Positions 1 through 10,658 are shown, counted from the stretch's first letter. The stretch: DNA of 32,000 nucleotides from Synechococcus sp. A15-28 (GCF_014280175.1 NZ_CP047931.1:1110001-1142000), one strand, 5' to 3'. Made by a program: numbers and translations. Notes: a model not told the origin generated them from the sequence alone.

Positions 1-376
1 GAGCGTGTTCCTTCAGCTGATCAAGACTGACCACGCTCAGTGCCCTGTCCTCTGTGGCCTCGAGACACACCAGGGGGGCCATGCCGTCGTCGTAGGCCTG
101 CTTCCAACGCGGCGCGCACACACACCAACGGTCACCAGGCTTCAGCCCAGGGAACTGGAAGGCCGGTACCGGGGTGGAGAGGTCGTTCCCCTGCGCTTTG
201 CTGTAGCGAAGAAAGGCTTCGGTCATGACACAGCAGATGCTGTGCTGGCCGAGATCGCTTGGATCGGTCTGACAGGTGCCGTCGCGGTACCAGCCGGTCA
301 TTGGTGAGCATCCGCACACCAGCAGCGGCTTCCCGAGAACGTTGAGCGGGGCTGAACGGGCTGATGTGCTGGTCAT
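1..376 (-). CDS. DUF2237 family protein, 3' end truncated by window edge
   Basis: My own translation from the ATG at 376..374 reads MTSTSARSAPLNVLGKPLLVCGCSPMTGWYRDGTCQTDPSDLGQHSICCVMTEAFLRYSKAQGNDLSTPVPAFQFPGLKPGDRWCVCAPRWKQAYDDGMAPLVCLEATEDRALSVVSLDQLKEHA and stays open to the edge. It matches the family pattern (LNVLG..L..C...P.TG..RDG.C.T...D.G.H..C.VMT..FL..S...GNDLSTP....FPGLKPGDRWC.C..RW..A). Not in the supplied ORF track. Confidence 0.9.
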   Translation of the reverse strand, partial: MTSTSARSAPLNVLGKPLLVCGCSPMTGWYRDGTCQTDPSDLGQHSICCVMTEAFLRYSKAQGNDLSTPVPAFQFPGLKPGDRWCVCAPRWKQAYDDGMAPLVCLEATEDRALSVVSLDQLKEHA

Positions 377-487
377 CCTGACGGAGATCACACGGGGAGT
401 CTGCCGAAGGAGTGGCACATTTTGACGTCAGACAGTTGACGAACCCCTGGGGGAACGCGGTAAAGGTCATTCAGTTATGTCCACTCG

Positions 488-718
488 ATGGATTGGGAGT
501 TCACTGAAGACGCTGCGTTCCTGGCGCTCTGCGATGCCTTTCGCGAGAGTGGTGAAAGCTCAGCCATTGAGTTCCTGGCCAACGGTGAAGGGGCCTTCCA
601 CTTCCAGGACCTCGCCCAGAACGCTGCCGGTGAAGGCATCGACCTCAGTGAGTCGAATGCCCTTGATGAGTTTCAGCAGAACGTGATCGACACGATGGAG
701 AAGCTCTGTCAGGAGTGA
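488..718 (+). CDS. small acidic hypothetical protein (76 aa)
   Basis: ATG..TGA ORF MDWEFTEDAAFLALCDAFRE..., plausible acidic composition, fits the gap between neighbours; no family recognised. Confidence 0.6.
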   Translation: MDWEFTEDAAFLALCDAFRESGESSAIEFLANGEGAFHFQDLAQNAAGEGIDLSESNALDEFQQNVIDTMEKLCQE

Positions 719-734
719 ACCTGACAGAACCTGG

Positions 735-759
735 TCGGCTGGATACGACGTTCAGCCGA
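735..759. terminator. candidate stem-loop between convergent genes
   Basis: Inverted repeat TCGGCTG(735-741)...CAGCCGA(753-759) between convergent ORFs ending at 718 (+) and 752 (-). No U-tract follows on either strand. Confidence 0.3.
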
Positions 760-1024
760 AGTAGAAGGCGATTTCCTTGTCCTTCAGACCGTCCCAACCT
801 GCATCGAGGAGCCGTTGGTTCAGGCTTGCTTGGTCGAAGTGCTTTGCGCCGGTCTTGACCACGCGGTTGCGCATGGACTTGAGCACACCGCTCCTGGCGC
901 GCTGGCTCTCCAGGTCCATCACCTCGTTGTAGAGCTCGAGCATTGCCACTGGAATCGGTGATCCATCGAGATCAACGCCTGCCTTGATGGCGGCATCCAC
1001 GCCATCGGGTCCGGCAATCGCCAT
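752..1024 (-). CDS. small conserved-type hypothetical protein (90 aa)
   Basis: MAIAGPDGVDAAIKAGVDLDGSPIPVAMLELYNEVMDLESQRARSGVLKSMRNRVVKTGAKHFDQASLNQRLLDAGWDGLKDKEIAFYFG; coherent protein composition; 26 bp downstream of metH on the same strand. Confidence 0.75.
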   Translation of the reverse strand: MAIAGPDGVDAAIKAGVDLDGSPIPVAMLELYNEVMDLESQRARSGVLKSMRNRVVKTGAKHFDQASLNQRLLDAGWDGLKDKEIAFYFG

Positions 1025-1050
1025 GGTCAGCTGAAAAAAGACGCCTCAGG

Positions 1051-4000
1051 CTATGCGCTGAAGTAGCGAGCCTTGCTGTGAAGCGCCACCAGTGCTGTGG
1101 TGCTCTGCTCAGGGGAGAGCTGATCGCTGGCGTCCATGGAGAGGCCGATGCGGTCGGCACCGAGCCAGGCCAATTGCTGACGCGAATCAGCCACGTTGGG
1201 GCAGGCGGGGTAACCGAAGGAGTAGCGACTGCCGCGGTAGCGCTGAGCCAGGACATCCCGCAGCGGCATGCCATCTGGATCAGCAAAGCCCAGCTCCCGT
1301 CGAATGCGGGCGTGGACCCATTCCGCCATCGCTTCGGCCATCTGAACCGCCAGTCCGTGGAAGTAGAGGTAATCGCTGTACTGATCGCCTTTGAACAGCT
1401 CCTGAGCCACTTCACTGGCCTTGACGCCCATGGTCACCGCCTGCATCGGCAGCACGTCCGTGGGGCGTCCGTCAGCGGTCATGTCCTGGAAGAAATCCGC
1501 AATGCAATAGCGGTTACCGGAGCGCTGACGAGGGAGGTCAAAACGGCCGAGCTCATGCTCGCCATTGGCGTCAAAAACCCTCAGGGCATTGCCGTCGCGG
1601 CCGACAGGGAAATAGCCGTAAGCCGCCCGGGGTGTGAGCAATGACTCATTCAGACAGCGCTCCATCCACTGCTGCAGGACAGGCTCAGCCTTGTCCGCCA
1701 GCATCGCCTCGTAATCCTCCCGAGACTGCTGCTGGGTCTTGCGCAGTTGCCACTGACCCGCAAACAGAGCGTTGCGATCCAGGTAGCTGAAGACCTCTTC
1801 AATGTCGACGTCAGCTTCTGTGATGACGACAGAACCCTGGAACGGGGCCTTGGGTGCCAGCTCTGCCGGCACAGCTTCGGATCGCTCCGTGGTGACCGGC
1901 AACTGAGGAGTTGCGGCCTCCTTCGGGGTCTTCGCAGCAGACGCGGAGCTCTCCGCCGATGCCGACTCACTCTCCTCATCAAGGCCGACTCCGCTGGGGG
2001 CATCGGCCAGGAATCCGTCGATGTTGCTCCAGTTGTCGTTGCCCTTGGCATCCATCAGGGCATCCATGAACCGGAGGTCAGCGAAGGCATCACGGCCATA
2101 GATGACTTTGCCGTTGTAGACCTCGCGGCAGTCCTTCTGCACAAAGCGTGGCGTCAGGGCAGCACCACCCAAGATGACGGGTACCTCGATCCCGGATTCA
2201 TTGAAGGCCTTGAGGTTGTCCTTCATGAAAGCCGTGGATTTCACCAGCAGACCACTCATGGCGATGCAGTCAGCCTTGTGCTCGTGCTGGGCTTCCACGA
2301 TCGCCTCACAGCTTTGTTTGATGCCGAGATTGACCACCTCGTAGCCGTTGTTGGTGAGAATGATGTCGACAAGGTTCTTGCCGATGTCGTGGACATCGCC
2401 CTTCACGGTGGCGATCATGAATTTGCCCTTGCTCGTGCTCTCACCCTCCGCCGTCTCCATGTGAGGTTCCAGGAAGGCCACGGCGGATTTCATCGTCTCG
2501 GCGCTTTGCAGCACGAAGGGGAGCTGCATCTGGCCGCTGCCGAACAGCTCGCCCACCACCTTCATGCCGTCCAGCAGGAAGGTGTTGATGATCTGTAGAG
2601 GGGGGTAAGCCTGCAGCGCTTCGTCCAGGGAGGGCTCAAGGCCAATGCGCTCCCCGTCGATGATGTGTTGCTTGAGCCGCTCCTCGATCGGCAGGTCGGC
2701 GAGGGAGGGGCCTGACGCCCGGGCTTCCTTGGCGCTGACCCCTTCGAACAGCTTTGTGAGTTCAGTGAGCGGGTCGTAAACGCAGATTCCATCGTCGAAG
2801 CGACGGTTGTCGTTGATCAGATCACGGCACACCGTCTGGTGCTCTTCGCTGATCTTGATCAGCGGAAGAATCTTGGCCGGGCTGACGATGGCAGCATCCA
2901 TGCCCGCTTCACAGCAGTCGTGGAGGAAGACGGAATTGAGCGTGATCCGGGCTGCCGGGGAGAGGCCGAAGCTGACGTTGCTGACCCCCAGAACGACATG
3001 AACCCCCGGGAGGTTCTCTCGAATCATGCGAATGGAGTCCACCGTGGCCTTGCCATTGAGCCGGTCCTCCTCGATGCCGGTGGAGATGGGCAGGGCGAGG
3101 GGGTCGTAGAAGATCTCATGGGCTGGAATTCCGAACTCAAGCGCGTCCCGGTAGGCCCGCTGCGCGATGGCGAACTTCTTCTCCGCCGTCCGGGCCATGC
3201 CGTCTTCATCGATGGTTCCGACCACCACACCAGCCCCGTAACGACGGGCTAGCTCGAGCACCTTGAAGAAACGCTCGTCCCCGTCTTCGAAGTTGGTGGA
3301 GTTGAGGATGCACTTGCCGCCTGCAACCTTGAGGCCGGCCTCCATCTTTTGCCACTCCGTGGAGTCGAGCATCAGTGGCAGGTTGACATTGGTGACCAGA
3401 CGGCTCACCAGGTGATGCATGTCCTGCTCTCCGTCACGGCCGACGTAGTCGACGTTGACGTCAAGAACATGAGCGTTCTCCTTGACCTGACCACGGGCCA
3501 CGGACACCAGACCATCCCAGTCCTCTTCCGCCAGTAGTTCGCGCACCTTGAGGCTGCCACTGGCATTGAGTCGTTCCCCGATGATCAGGAACGAGTTGTC
3601 CTGTTGATATGGGGTGACGCCGTAGATCGAGGCCGCAGCTGGTTCGTAGTTGAGCGCTGGACGCACATCTTCATCAGACGCTGCTCCGTGACGGGAGCTG
3701 CGCTCCGCCGGTTTGAGCTCAGCGGCTAACTCCGCCAGCGAGCCGATATGGCTTGGGGTTGTGCCGCAGCAGCCACCGATCACCTGGACGCCAAGGTCCT
3801 CGACGAAGTGCATGAGCTGCATCTTCAGCTCAACAGGAGTGAGGCGGTAATGGGCTACGCCACCGACATTTTCGGGCAAGCCCGCATTGGGAATGCAGCT
3901 CACCGTGAAGGGGGAATGCTCGGAGAGATACCGGATGTGCTCCTTCATCTGCTCCGGCCCGGTGGCGCAGTTGAGGCCGAGGATGTCGATGGGGAACGGC

Positions 4001-4680
4001 TCGAGAATCGACACCACGGCAGCGATGTCCGTGCCGACGAGCATGGTGCCGGTGGTTTCCATGGTCACGGACACCATCAGGGCCCGTCGCTCGCCGGTGG
4101 CTTCAAAGGCCTCCTCAATGCCCTGCAGGGCTGCCTTGATCTGTAGAACGTCCTGGCAGGTCTCGACGATGAACAGATCAACATCGCCGGCAATCAGTCC
4201 TTCGGCCTGCTCGCGGAACGAAGCCCGCATCGTGTCGAAGTCGATATGCCCCAGGGTCGGCAGCTTGGTGGTGGGCCCCATGGAACCGGCAACGAAGCGA
4301 GGTTTCTCTGGGGTGCTGAATTCGTCGGCCATTTCCCGGGCCAGTTCGGCGGCCCGTTTGTTCAGTTCAAAGGCCTTGTCCTCCAGCCCGTATTCCGCCA
4401 GAACGATCGAGGCGGCGCCGAAGGTGTCTGTTTCGATCACATCGCAGCCCACCTCGAGGAACTGACGGTGGACCGCTTTGACCGCCTCGGGTTTGGTGAC
4501 GGCCAGATTTTCATTGCAGCCTTCCAGCTCAGGGCCACCGAAATCCTCCGCGGTGAGATCCAGACCCTGGAGGCTGGTGCCGGTGGCACCGTCAAACACC
4601 AGCACGGGCCGTTCCGGTCCATTCAGGTGGTTCAGGAAGCGTGACGTGGTGAGTTGCCGGGATGCCTGCGCCACCACCAT
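1051..4680 (-). CDS. metH: cobalamin-dependent methionine synthase
   Basis: 1209 aa with homocysteine-binding region ([18 protein letters not shown]), pterin-binding region ([11 protein letters not shown]), B12-binding motif [12 protein letters not shown], and C-terminal activation domain ([11 protein letters not shown]). Confidence 0.98.
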   Translation of the reverse strand: MVVAQASRQLTTSRFLNHLNGPERPVLVFDGATGTSLQGLDLTAEDFGGPELEGCNENLAVTKPEAVKAVHRQFLEVGCDVIETDTFGAASIVLAEYGLEDKAFELNKRAAELAREMADEFSTPEKPRFVAGSMGPTTKLPTLGHIDFDTMRASFREQAEGLIAGDVDLFIVETCQDVLQIKAALQGIEEAFEATGERRALMVSVTMETTGTMLVGTDIAAVVSILEPFPIDILGLNCATGPEQMKEHIRYLSEHSPFTVSCIPNAGLPENVGGVAHYRLTPVELKMQLMHFVEDLGVQVIGGCCGTTPSHIGSLAELAAELKPAERSSRHGAASDEDVRPALNYEPAAASIYGVTPYQQDNSFLIIGERLNASGSLKVRELLAEEDWDGLVSVARGQVKENAHVLDVNVDYVGRDGEQDMHHLVSRLVTNVNLPLMLDSTEWQKMEAGLKVAGGKCILNSTNFEDGDERFFKVLELARRYGAGVVVGTIDEDGMARTAEKKFAIAQRAYRDALEFGIPAHEIFYDPLALPISTGIEEDRLNGKATVDSIRMIRENLPGVHVVLGVSNVSFGLSPAARITLNSVFLHDCCEAGMDAAIVSPAKILPLIKISEEHQTVCRDLINDNRRFDDGICVYDPLTELTKLFEGVSAKEARASGPSLADLPIEERLKQHIIDGERIGLEPSLDEALQAYPPLQIINTFLLDGMKVVGELFGSGQMQLPFVLQSAETMKSAVAFLEPHMETAEGESTSKGKFMIATVKGDVHDIGKNLVDIILTNNGYEVVNLGIKQSCEAIVEAQHEHKADCIAMSGLLVKSTAFMKDNLKAFNESGIEVPVILGGAALTPRFVQKDCREVYNGKVIYGRDAFADLRFMDALMDAKGNDNWSNIDGFLADAPSGVGLDEESESASAESSASAAKTPKEAATPQLPVTTERSEAVPAELAPKAPFQGSVVITEADVDIEEVFSYLDRNALFAGQWQLRKTQQQSREDYEAMLADKAEPVLQQWMERCLNESLLTPRAAYGYFPVGRDGNALRVFDANGEHELGRFDLPRQRSGNRYCIADFFQDMTADGRPTDVLPMQAVTMGVKASEVAQELFKGDQYSDYLYFHGLAVQMAEAMAEWVHARIRRELGFADPDGMPLRDVLAQRYRGSRYSFGYPACPNVADSRQQLAWLGADRIGLSMDASDQLSPEQSTTALVALHSKARYFSA

Positions 4681-4730
4681 GTTTTACGTCCTGTTATTGA
4701 CGGGATTCTAGGAAAAGCTCAGGGCGAACC

Positions 4731-5645
4731 TCAGCCGATTGGAATTCGGGTCACCCAGTGCTCATAGGCCGGATCGCACCCTTCGGTGATCGCCACGAGC
4801 CGCGACTTCAATGCGGTCATCACCGGTCGATCCGTGTTCAGCTGCGTCGATTCGATCTGCCGGATCGGTGTGATCTTGGCGGCTGTACCGGTGAGGAACA
4901 CCTCATTGGCAATGAACAGCTCGGTTTTGTCCACAGGCCGCTCCACCACAGGAATCTGCATGGCTTTGGCCAGTTCGATCACGCTTGCCCTGGTAATCCC
5001 CTCCAGGATGTCCTGATCCACACCAGGGGTGATCAGCTGTCCGTCGCGGACCAGAAACAGGTTCATGCCACTGGCCTCACTGATTTTTCCGCGGCTGTTC
5101 AGCAACAGTGCTTCGTCGAATCCGCTCTGGACCGCCTCCGTTTTGGCGAGGGAACTGGTGATGTAGGCCCCAGAGATCTTTCCTCGAAGGGGGAGAGAAC
5201 GGTCCTCCTGACGGGTCCAACTGCTGATGCGGCAACTGACCCCCTCCGGAGACAGGTAATCCCCGAGAGGTAGGCCGTAGATCAGGAAGTCGGTCTCAAT
5301 ATCGTGCAGACGTGGGGCGATGCCGAGATCGCTGGTGTAAACGAATGGACGCAGGTAGATGGGCTGCTGCGGCTTGTTGGCCTGCAGCATCGCCGTCAGC
5401 GCTTCAAGAATCCTAGCTTCGCTCAGATCCGTCAGCAGCAGACGCGCGCTCTGACTCAACCGCCTTGCGTGGCGATCGGCTCGAAACAGCAGCATCGATC
5501 CGTTGCCCTGCGGATCGGGGATGGCCCGCATCCCCCCGAACGCTCCGGTGCCGTAGTGCAAGGCATGGGTGGCGATGGAGATCCTGGCCTCCTCGAAGGG
5601 GACGCACTGACCCTGAAACCAGGCGTAGGGCAGGAACTGATGCAT
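4731..5645 (-). CDS. ilvE: branched-chain amino acid aminotransferase
   Basis: 304 aa class IV PLP aminotransferase: LHYGTGAFGGMRAI, SGMNLFLVRDG, ANEVFLTGTAAKITPI. Confidence 0.95.
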   Translation of the reverse strand: MHQFLPYAWFQGQCVPFEEARISIATHALHYGTGAFGGMRAIPDPQGNGSMLLFRADRHARRLSQSARLLLTDLSEARILEALTAMLQANKPQQPIYLRPFVYTSDLGIAPRLHDIETDFLIYGLPLGDYLSPEGVSCRISSWTRQEDRSLPLRGKISGAYITSSLAKTEAVQSGFDEALLLNSRGKISEASGMNLFLVRDGQLITPGVDQDILEGITRASVIELAKAMQIPVVERPVDKTELFIANEVFLTGTAAKITPIRQIESTQLNTDRPVMTALKSRLVAITEGCDPAYEHWVTRIPIG

Positions 5646-5709
5646 CGCTGGGGAAAACCCGATCGTTGAATCTTCTCACCACCGGTTGCCGCGGAAGGAG
5701 AATGGCGTA

Positions 5710-8700
5710 ATGCACCGTCTTGCCAGTTGCCCGGGCATTGATCCTCCCGAGGATGTGGTGCTCGTCGAGCAACCCCCGGCGGATGTGCTGGTTCTTTCCA
5801 GTGCCGCTACCGATCTCAGCTGCCTTGAGGCGGTGCTGCTGGCTGCTCCGGAGTGGAACAACCGGATCAGGGCTCTCCATCTCGACAATCTCAGCCATCC
5901 AGCGCAGCTGGACCATTACCTCTCCACCACTGCTGAGCAGGCCCGGTTGATCGTGGTGCGCCTGCTGGGTAGTCGCGGGCACTGGAGCTATGGGTTGGAG
6001 CAACTGCAGCGCTGGGGTGACGAACACACCGACCGGCAGCTGCTGGTGCTGGCGGGCACGGTTGATCAGCAACGCGACCTGCATGGCATTGGCTCGGTTG
6101 CTCCCGAGCTGGCGGATCGTCTAGCCGCTCTGTTGCGGGAAGGGGGCCAAACAAACATGGCCAGGCTGCTCGAGGCCATCCAGGCGCTGTTGGACGGAAC
6201 GCCACCGGAAATCGAACAGATTGAGGTGGTGCCGTTACCGGACCCCTTCCCCTGGGATTGGCAGGAAGACGTCGGTGCCACCGTTGGTGTCGTGCTCTAC
6301 AGAGCCCAGCTGCAGGCGGGTGACACCGCACTGGCTCAGCAGTTGAATCTGGCCCTGCGGAAGCGTGGCCTTCGGCCTCGTCTGATCTGGGTCAGCAGTC
6401 TCAGAGATCCAGCAGTCCAGGCCGGAGTTCTCGACCTGCTTCGCAGTCAGGGCGCCCAGGTGGTGATCACCGGCACGGCCTTTGCCTCCGTCAGCAGCGA
6501 GCAGGCCGGCCTTGGAAGCCCCCTCTGGGATCGTCTTGATCGTCCCGTGCTGCAGTTGCTGACCGCAGGAAGCAGTCGGGAGCGCTGGCAACAGTCCAGC
6601 CGTGGTCTTGAACCTCTGGATCTGTCCCTGCAGGTGGTGATGCCGGAACTGGACGCCAGAGTCACCACTCGCCCCTGTGCGTTCCGACAGCCTCGCGCAC
6701 CGATGGGGGGCCTCGCCACGGCGATCACGGCGCAGCAACCCGACCAGGACGGCATCGACTGGTTGGTGGAGCACGCCAAAGGCTGGATTGATCTCCAGGA
6801 CACTCCTCCCAGCCAGCGACGGATGGCCATGGTGCTGGCCAACTACCCGGTACGCGATGGGCGTGTGGCCAATGGGGTGGGGCTGGATACCCCGGCCAGC
6901 GTGGTCAACATCATCGATTGGCTGTCGGAAGCGGGATATCAACTGGGAGATCTCCCCAGGCCTGACCACGGTGATCAATTGATCGCTTCGTTGCTTCAGG
7001 GACGCACCAATTCAGCCGAGGGAAAGCAACGCCGCCCCCTCGATCACTTGCCGCTAGCGACCTACCAAGCCTGGTGGGACACCATTCCGATCGAAGCCAG
7101 GTCCCTGATTGCCAGCCGCTGGGGAGAACCGCAGCATGCCTGTGATCTGGATGAAGACCATGGCTTTGCCATCCATGGTTTGCGCTACGGCCGTCTTGTG
7201 GTTTTGCTGCAGCCGGACCGGGGCTATGACCCGGACCAGATCGCTGATCTGCATTCGCCGGACCTGCCTCCACCGCACCGTTACCTGGCCCAGTACCTCT
7301 GGCTGCGAGAGGTTCACGGGAGTCAGGTGATGGTCCATGTGGGCAAGCACGGCAGTGCCGAGTGGTTGCCGGGCAAAGGCGTGGGTCTCAGTGCTGCTTG
7401 CGGCCCCCATCTGGCCCTGGGGGCGCTGCCGCATCTTTACCCGTTCATCGTCAATGACCCCGGGGAAGGGTCCCAGGCCAAACGCCGGGGGCATGCGGTG
7501 GTGCTGGATCACCTCACCCCACCCTTGGGTCGTGCCGGCCTGCATGGCGACCTTCAGCGGCTTGAGTGTCTGCTGGATGAACTGGTGGAGGCCCGTCAGC
7601 TCGGCGGTGAGCGCACTGCGGTGCTGGAATCCAAGGTGCTGAAGACCCTTCAGGATCTGGACTGGCCAGGGGTTCCCAGTCGACAGGAGCTGAAGCGGAA
7701 CCCAGAGCTGGTGAACAGTTGTCTTGACCAAGCGGAGACCTATCTCTGCGAACTGAAGGAATCCCAGATCCGTACCGGTCTGCATCGCTACGGCCAGTGC
7801 CCGGACGACGGCGCCATGACAGAGCTGCTGATGGCCCTGGCCCGTCCTCCGCTGCAGGGGCAGCCTGGTCTGACGCAGCTGCTGGCCAGGGAAGCTGGCT
7901 TGACGTTCGACCCCTGGACCCAGGAGGACGGTGAACTCCTCACGTCTGGTGATCAGGTGCGGTTAGGCGCCCTGGGGTGTCAGCGCTGCCGTCGCGTGGG
8001 TGATGGCTGCGCATGGCTTGAACAGCAGGCCCTGCTGTTGATCAGACAGCTTCTGCTCCACGAACACGCAGACGATCTGGTCACGCCGTTTCAGGAGCTA
8101 ATTCAGAGATCAGACGTGTTGAACAAGCGTTGTCAGGAGCTGTGGCAGCGGCTGAAGGATTGTGGAAACGCCGAGCGTGAAGGCCTGCTGCGGGGGCTGG
8201 ACGGTCGTCGCATCACCGCTGGCCCATCGGGTGCCCCAAGCCGTGGCCGACCGGATGTGTTGCCCACCGGTCGCAACTTCTATTCCGTTGATCTCCGCGG
8301 ACTGCCGACGGAGGCGGCCTGGGACCTCGGCCGACGCTCCGCCGAACGGCTGCTGGACCTCCATCTTCAGGAGGAAGGGGAACCCCTGCGGCATCTGGCC
8401 TTATCGGTGTGGGGAACCGCCACGATGCGCAACGGTGGTGAGGACATCGCTCAGCTGCTGGCACTGATCGGCGTTCGCCCCGTCTGGGACGGCCCAACCC
8501 GGCGCCTGGTGGATCTGGAGGTGATCCCGGCGGAACTGCTTGGACGACCTCGGGTGGATGTGGTGTTGCGCATCTCCGGCTTGTTCCGGGATGCCTTCCC
8601 GCAGCTGGTGAACTGGGTGGATCAGGCCCAGCGCATGGTGGCGATGCTGGAGGAGCCGGAGGAGTTCAATCCCCTCGCTGACCTCACCCGTCGCGATGGT

Positions 8701-9438
8701 CCCCAGGGACGCATCTATGGATCTGCCCCTGGGGCCTATGGCGCAGGATTGCAGGCGCTGATCGACAGCGGCTCCTGGGAGTCGCGCCAGGATCTGGGGG
8801 AGGCGTTCCTCTGCTGGAGCCAATGGCGCTACGACGGATCAGCAGAAGCTGTCCAGGATCGCTCCGGCCTGGAGCAGGCCTTGTCCTCCGTTCAGGTTGT
8901 CCTGCACAACCAGGACAACCGGGAACATGACCTGCTGGATTCCGATGATTACTACCAGTTTCACGGTGGACTCAGTGCCGCAGCCGAACTGGTCTCCGGA
9001 GAACGCCCCCAGCTGTGGTTCGGCGACCACTCACGCCGCGAGCGTCCACGGCTGCACCGGCTGGAAAAGGAGCTGGACAAGGTGATGCGCAGCCGGATGC
9101 TCAACCCCCGCTGGATCGAGGGGATGCAGCAGCACGGCTACAAGGGCGCCTTCGAGATGGGAGCCAGCCTGGACTATTTATTCGCCTACGACGCCGCCAC
9201 CGATCGGGTGCCGGACTGGTGCTACGGAGCCGTCTGCGACAGCTGGCTTGCTGATCCGGTCAACCAGACCTTCCTGAACGACCGCAACCCGTGGGTGCTG
9301 CGTGACATGGCGGAAAGGCTGCTCGAGGCGTCCAATCGAGGGCTATGGACCGGAGCCAGCCAGGATCAATTGAATCTGCTGAAAGACCTGGTCAGCAGCA
9401 GCGAAGCCCGAATCGAGCGCGGTGATCTCACTTGTTGA
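5710..9438 (+). CDS. cobN: cobaltochelatase large subunit CobN
   Basis: About 1242 aa CobN/Mg-chelatase H-like protein (VMVHVGKHGSAEWLPGKGVGLS, DRNPWVLRDMAERLLEA). In-frame ATG at 5710 chosen over the upstream start at 5686 because an AAGGAG-like RBS sits just upstream. Confidence 0.92.
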   Translation: MHRLASCPGIDPPEDVVLVEQPPADVLVLSSAATDLSCLEAVLLAAPEWNNRIRALHLDNLSHPAQLDHYLSTTAEQARLIVVRLLGSRGHWSYGLEQLQRWGDEHTDRQLLVLAGTVDQQRDLHGIGSVAPELADRLAALLREGGQTNMARLLEAIQALLDGTPPEIEQIEVVPLPDPFPWDWQEDVGATVGVVLYRAQLQAGDTALAQQLNLALRKRGLRPRLIWVSSLRDPAVQAGVLDLLRSQGAQVVITGTAFASVSSEQAGLGSPLWDRLDRPVLQLLTAGSSRERWQQSSRGLEPLDLSLQVVMPELDARVTTRPCAFRQPRAPMGGLATAITAQQPDQDGIDWLVEHAKGWIDLQDTPPSQRRMAMVLANYPVRDGRVANGVGLDTPASVVNIIDWLSEAGYQLGDLPRPDHGDQLIASLLQGRTNSAEGKQRRPLDHLPLATYQAWWDTIPIEARSLIASRWGEPQHACDLDEDHGFAIHGLRYGRLVVLLQPDRGYDPDQIADLHSPDLPPPHRYLAQYLWLREVHGSQVMVHVGKHGSAEWLPGKGVGLSAACGPHLALGALPHLYPFIVNDPGEGSQAKRRGHAVVLDHLTPPLGRAGLHGDLQRLECLLDELVEARQLGGERTAVLESKVLKTLQDLDWPGVPSRQELKRNPELVNSCLDQAETYLCELKESQIRTGLHRYGQCPDDGAMTELLMALARPPLQGQPGLTQLLAREAGLTFDPWTQEDGELLTSGDQVRLGALGCQRCRRVGDGCAWLEQQALLLIRQLLLHEHADDLVTPFQELIQRSDVLNKRCQELWQRLKDCGNAEREGLLRGLDGRRITAGPSGAPSRGRPDVLPTGRNFYSVDLRGLPTEAAWDLGRRSAERLLDLHLQEEGEPLRHLALSVWGTATMRNGGEDIAQLLALIGVRPVWDGPTRRLVDLEVIPAELLGRPRVDVVLRISGLFRDAFPQLVNWVDQAQRMVAMLEEPEEFNPLADLTRRDGPQGRIYGSAPGAYGAGLQALIDSGSWESRQDLGEAFLCWSQWRYDGSAEAVQDRSGLEQALSSVQVVLHNQDNREHDLLDSDDYYQFHGGLSAAAELVSGERPQLWFGDHSRRERPRLHRLEKELDKVMRSRMLNPRWIEGMQQHGYKGAFEMGASLDYLFAYDAATDRVPDWCYGAVCDSWLADPVNQTFLNDRNPWVLRDMAERLLEASNRGLWTGASQDQLNLLKDLVSSSEARIERGDLTC

Positions 9439-9982
9439 GGTCCCGCACCATCTGGCGGAAAGGATCGATGGAACCAGGCTTGGAGGAGGGTGCGGCCTGG
9501 CCGGCCTTGGCTTGAGGAGCCTCCTCTTCTTTGAGGATCTCCTTACGGGCAACGGGTGCTGCATTCGCAGCTGCCGGGGTGTTCACGGAGTTGACGGCCG
9601 TGCCACGCAACCGCTTGTTCATCTCTTCAGTGGTGACCTGTTCGGCGAAGGTCTTCTTCACGGGCTTGGGGATCCCTGCCGTCAGATCGATCGACTCCTC
9701 CTTCTTCGCCCTGTCGCCAAGGCCCTCACTCCGCTTGTCAACGGATTCGGTTTCCGCCGCCACCGTCATGATCTGTTCCTTCGTGCCAGGGCTGTCGACG
9801 GTGCCTGGAAAGGTGCGTCGAATCGTCTTCGACTCGCGCATGTAATTGACATCCCCCAGGGATGAGGAGGAATCAGAATCAAGGAAGAATTCAGCCGGTT
9901 TCGCCTTGGCTGGCTTGCGTGGCTTGATCGTTTTGTCGGAATCCTGCGAATCCTTATTCAGCAGACGATCAAAGAAGCCCAT
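9428..9982 (-). CDS. hypothetical protein, charged and Pro/Lys/Ala-rich (184 aa)
   Basis: MGFFDRLLNKDSQDSDKTIKPRKPAKAKPAEFFLDSDSSSSLGDVNYMRESKTIRRTFPG...; no catalytic motif seen; C-terminus overlaps the cobN end by 11 bp. Confidence 0.75.
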   Translation of the reverse strand: MGFFDRLLNKDSQDSDKTIKPRKPAKAKPAEFFLDSDSSSSLGDVNYMRESKTIRRTFPGTVDSPGTKEQIMTVAAETESVDKRSEGLGDRAKKEESIDLTAGIPKPVKKTFAEQVTTEEMNKRLRGTAVNSVNTPAAANAAPVARKEILKEEEAPQAKAGQAAPSSKPGSIDPFRQMVRDLNK

Positions 9983-10009
9983 GTCGACCGGAACTGAGAT
10001 GGGATGAAC

Positions 10010-10657
10010 TTAGCGGCCACCAAGGTCGATTCCATGACTGTCGGTGCCACACGTACGCAAAAGGCCAAGTTTCGTCAGTTGCTGATCGATGGCCTCGCAG
10101 ATCATCGGACTGGGTGCCCAGACCGTTTGCATGTCGTAGTCGTACCAGGCTTCACCGCCGTCAAAGCCAAGCCGGGCGGCCTCGTCGATCAGCAGCTCAT
10201 GGCTGAGGCGGTATCGGGCTGGATGGGCCAGCACGGCCAGACCGCCGGCGTCGTGAATGGCCTTGACCACGGAGTCGGCTCGTAACGCCTCTCCCACCAC
10301 GGCATCGCCACGGTTGTAGGGCTCCAGAGCGGCATGGCCCGGTTCAAACCCCAGGGCCAGGATGTGGACAAGACATCCCTTGAGCAAGGAGCTGATTTCC
10401 ATGCCGCTCCACAACGTCGGCACCACGGCACCGGCATCTCTCTGTACGTCAAGCCAATCCGCCATCGGCTGAAAGGCCCGGGCGCTGTGGTGGTCGGTCA
10501 CGGCCAGATGGGAGAGCCCACGCTCCGACGCCTGACGGATCAGTTCGAGGGGTTCGAGGCTGCCATCACTGCAGATCGTGTGGCAGTGGAAGTTGAGGGT
10601 CCCCGGACAGCTGTCGGGGACAACGTCAGCCAGAACGGAACGAAGTGGATGGCTCAT
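10010..10657 (-). CDS. PHP-domain phosphoesterase
   Basis: NFHCHTICSDGSLEPLELIRQASERGLSHLAVTDHHS PHP signature; start chosen at MSHPLRSVL (10657), 1 bp after the hemJ stop, instead of the longer track ORF. Confidence 0.9.
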   Translation of the reverse strand: MSHPLRSVLADVVPDSCPGTLNFHCHTICSDGSLEPLELIRQASERGLSHLAVTDHHSARAFQPMADWLDVQRDAGAVVPTLWSGMEISSLLKGCLVHILALGFEPGHAALEPYNRGDAVVGEALRADSVVKAIHDAGGLAVLAHPARYRLSHELLIDEAARLGFDGGEAWYDYDMQTVWAPSPMICEAIDQQLTKLGLLRTCGTDSHGIDLGGR

Positions 10658-10658
10658 C

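Noticed and set aside
132-470. 112-aa minus-strand ORF
   Set aside because: Out-of-frame with the DUF2237 gene on the same strand; no coherent protein features.
1747-2598. 283-aa plus-strand ORF antisense to metH
   Set aside because: Shadow ORF inside a strongly supported metH.
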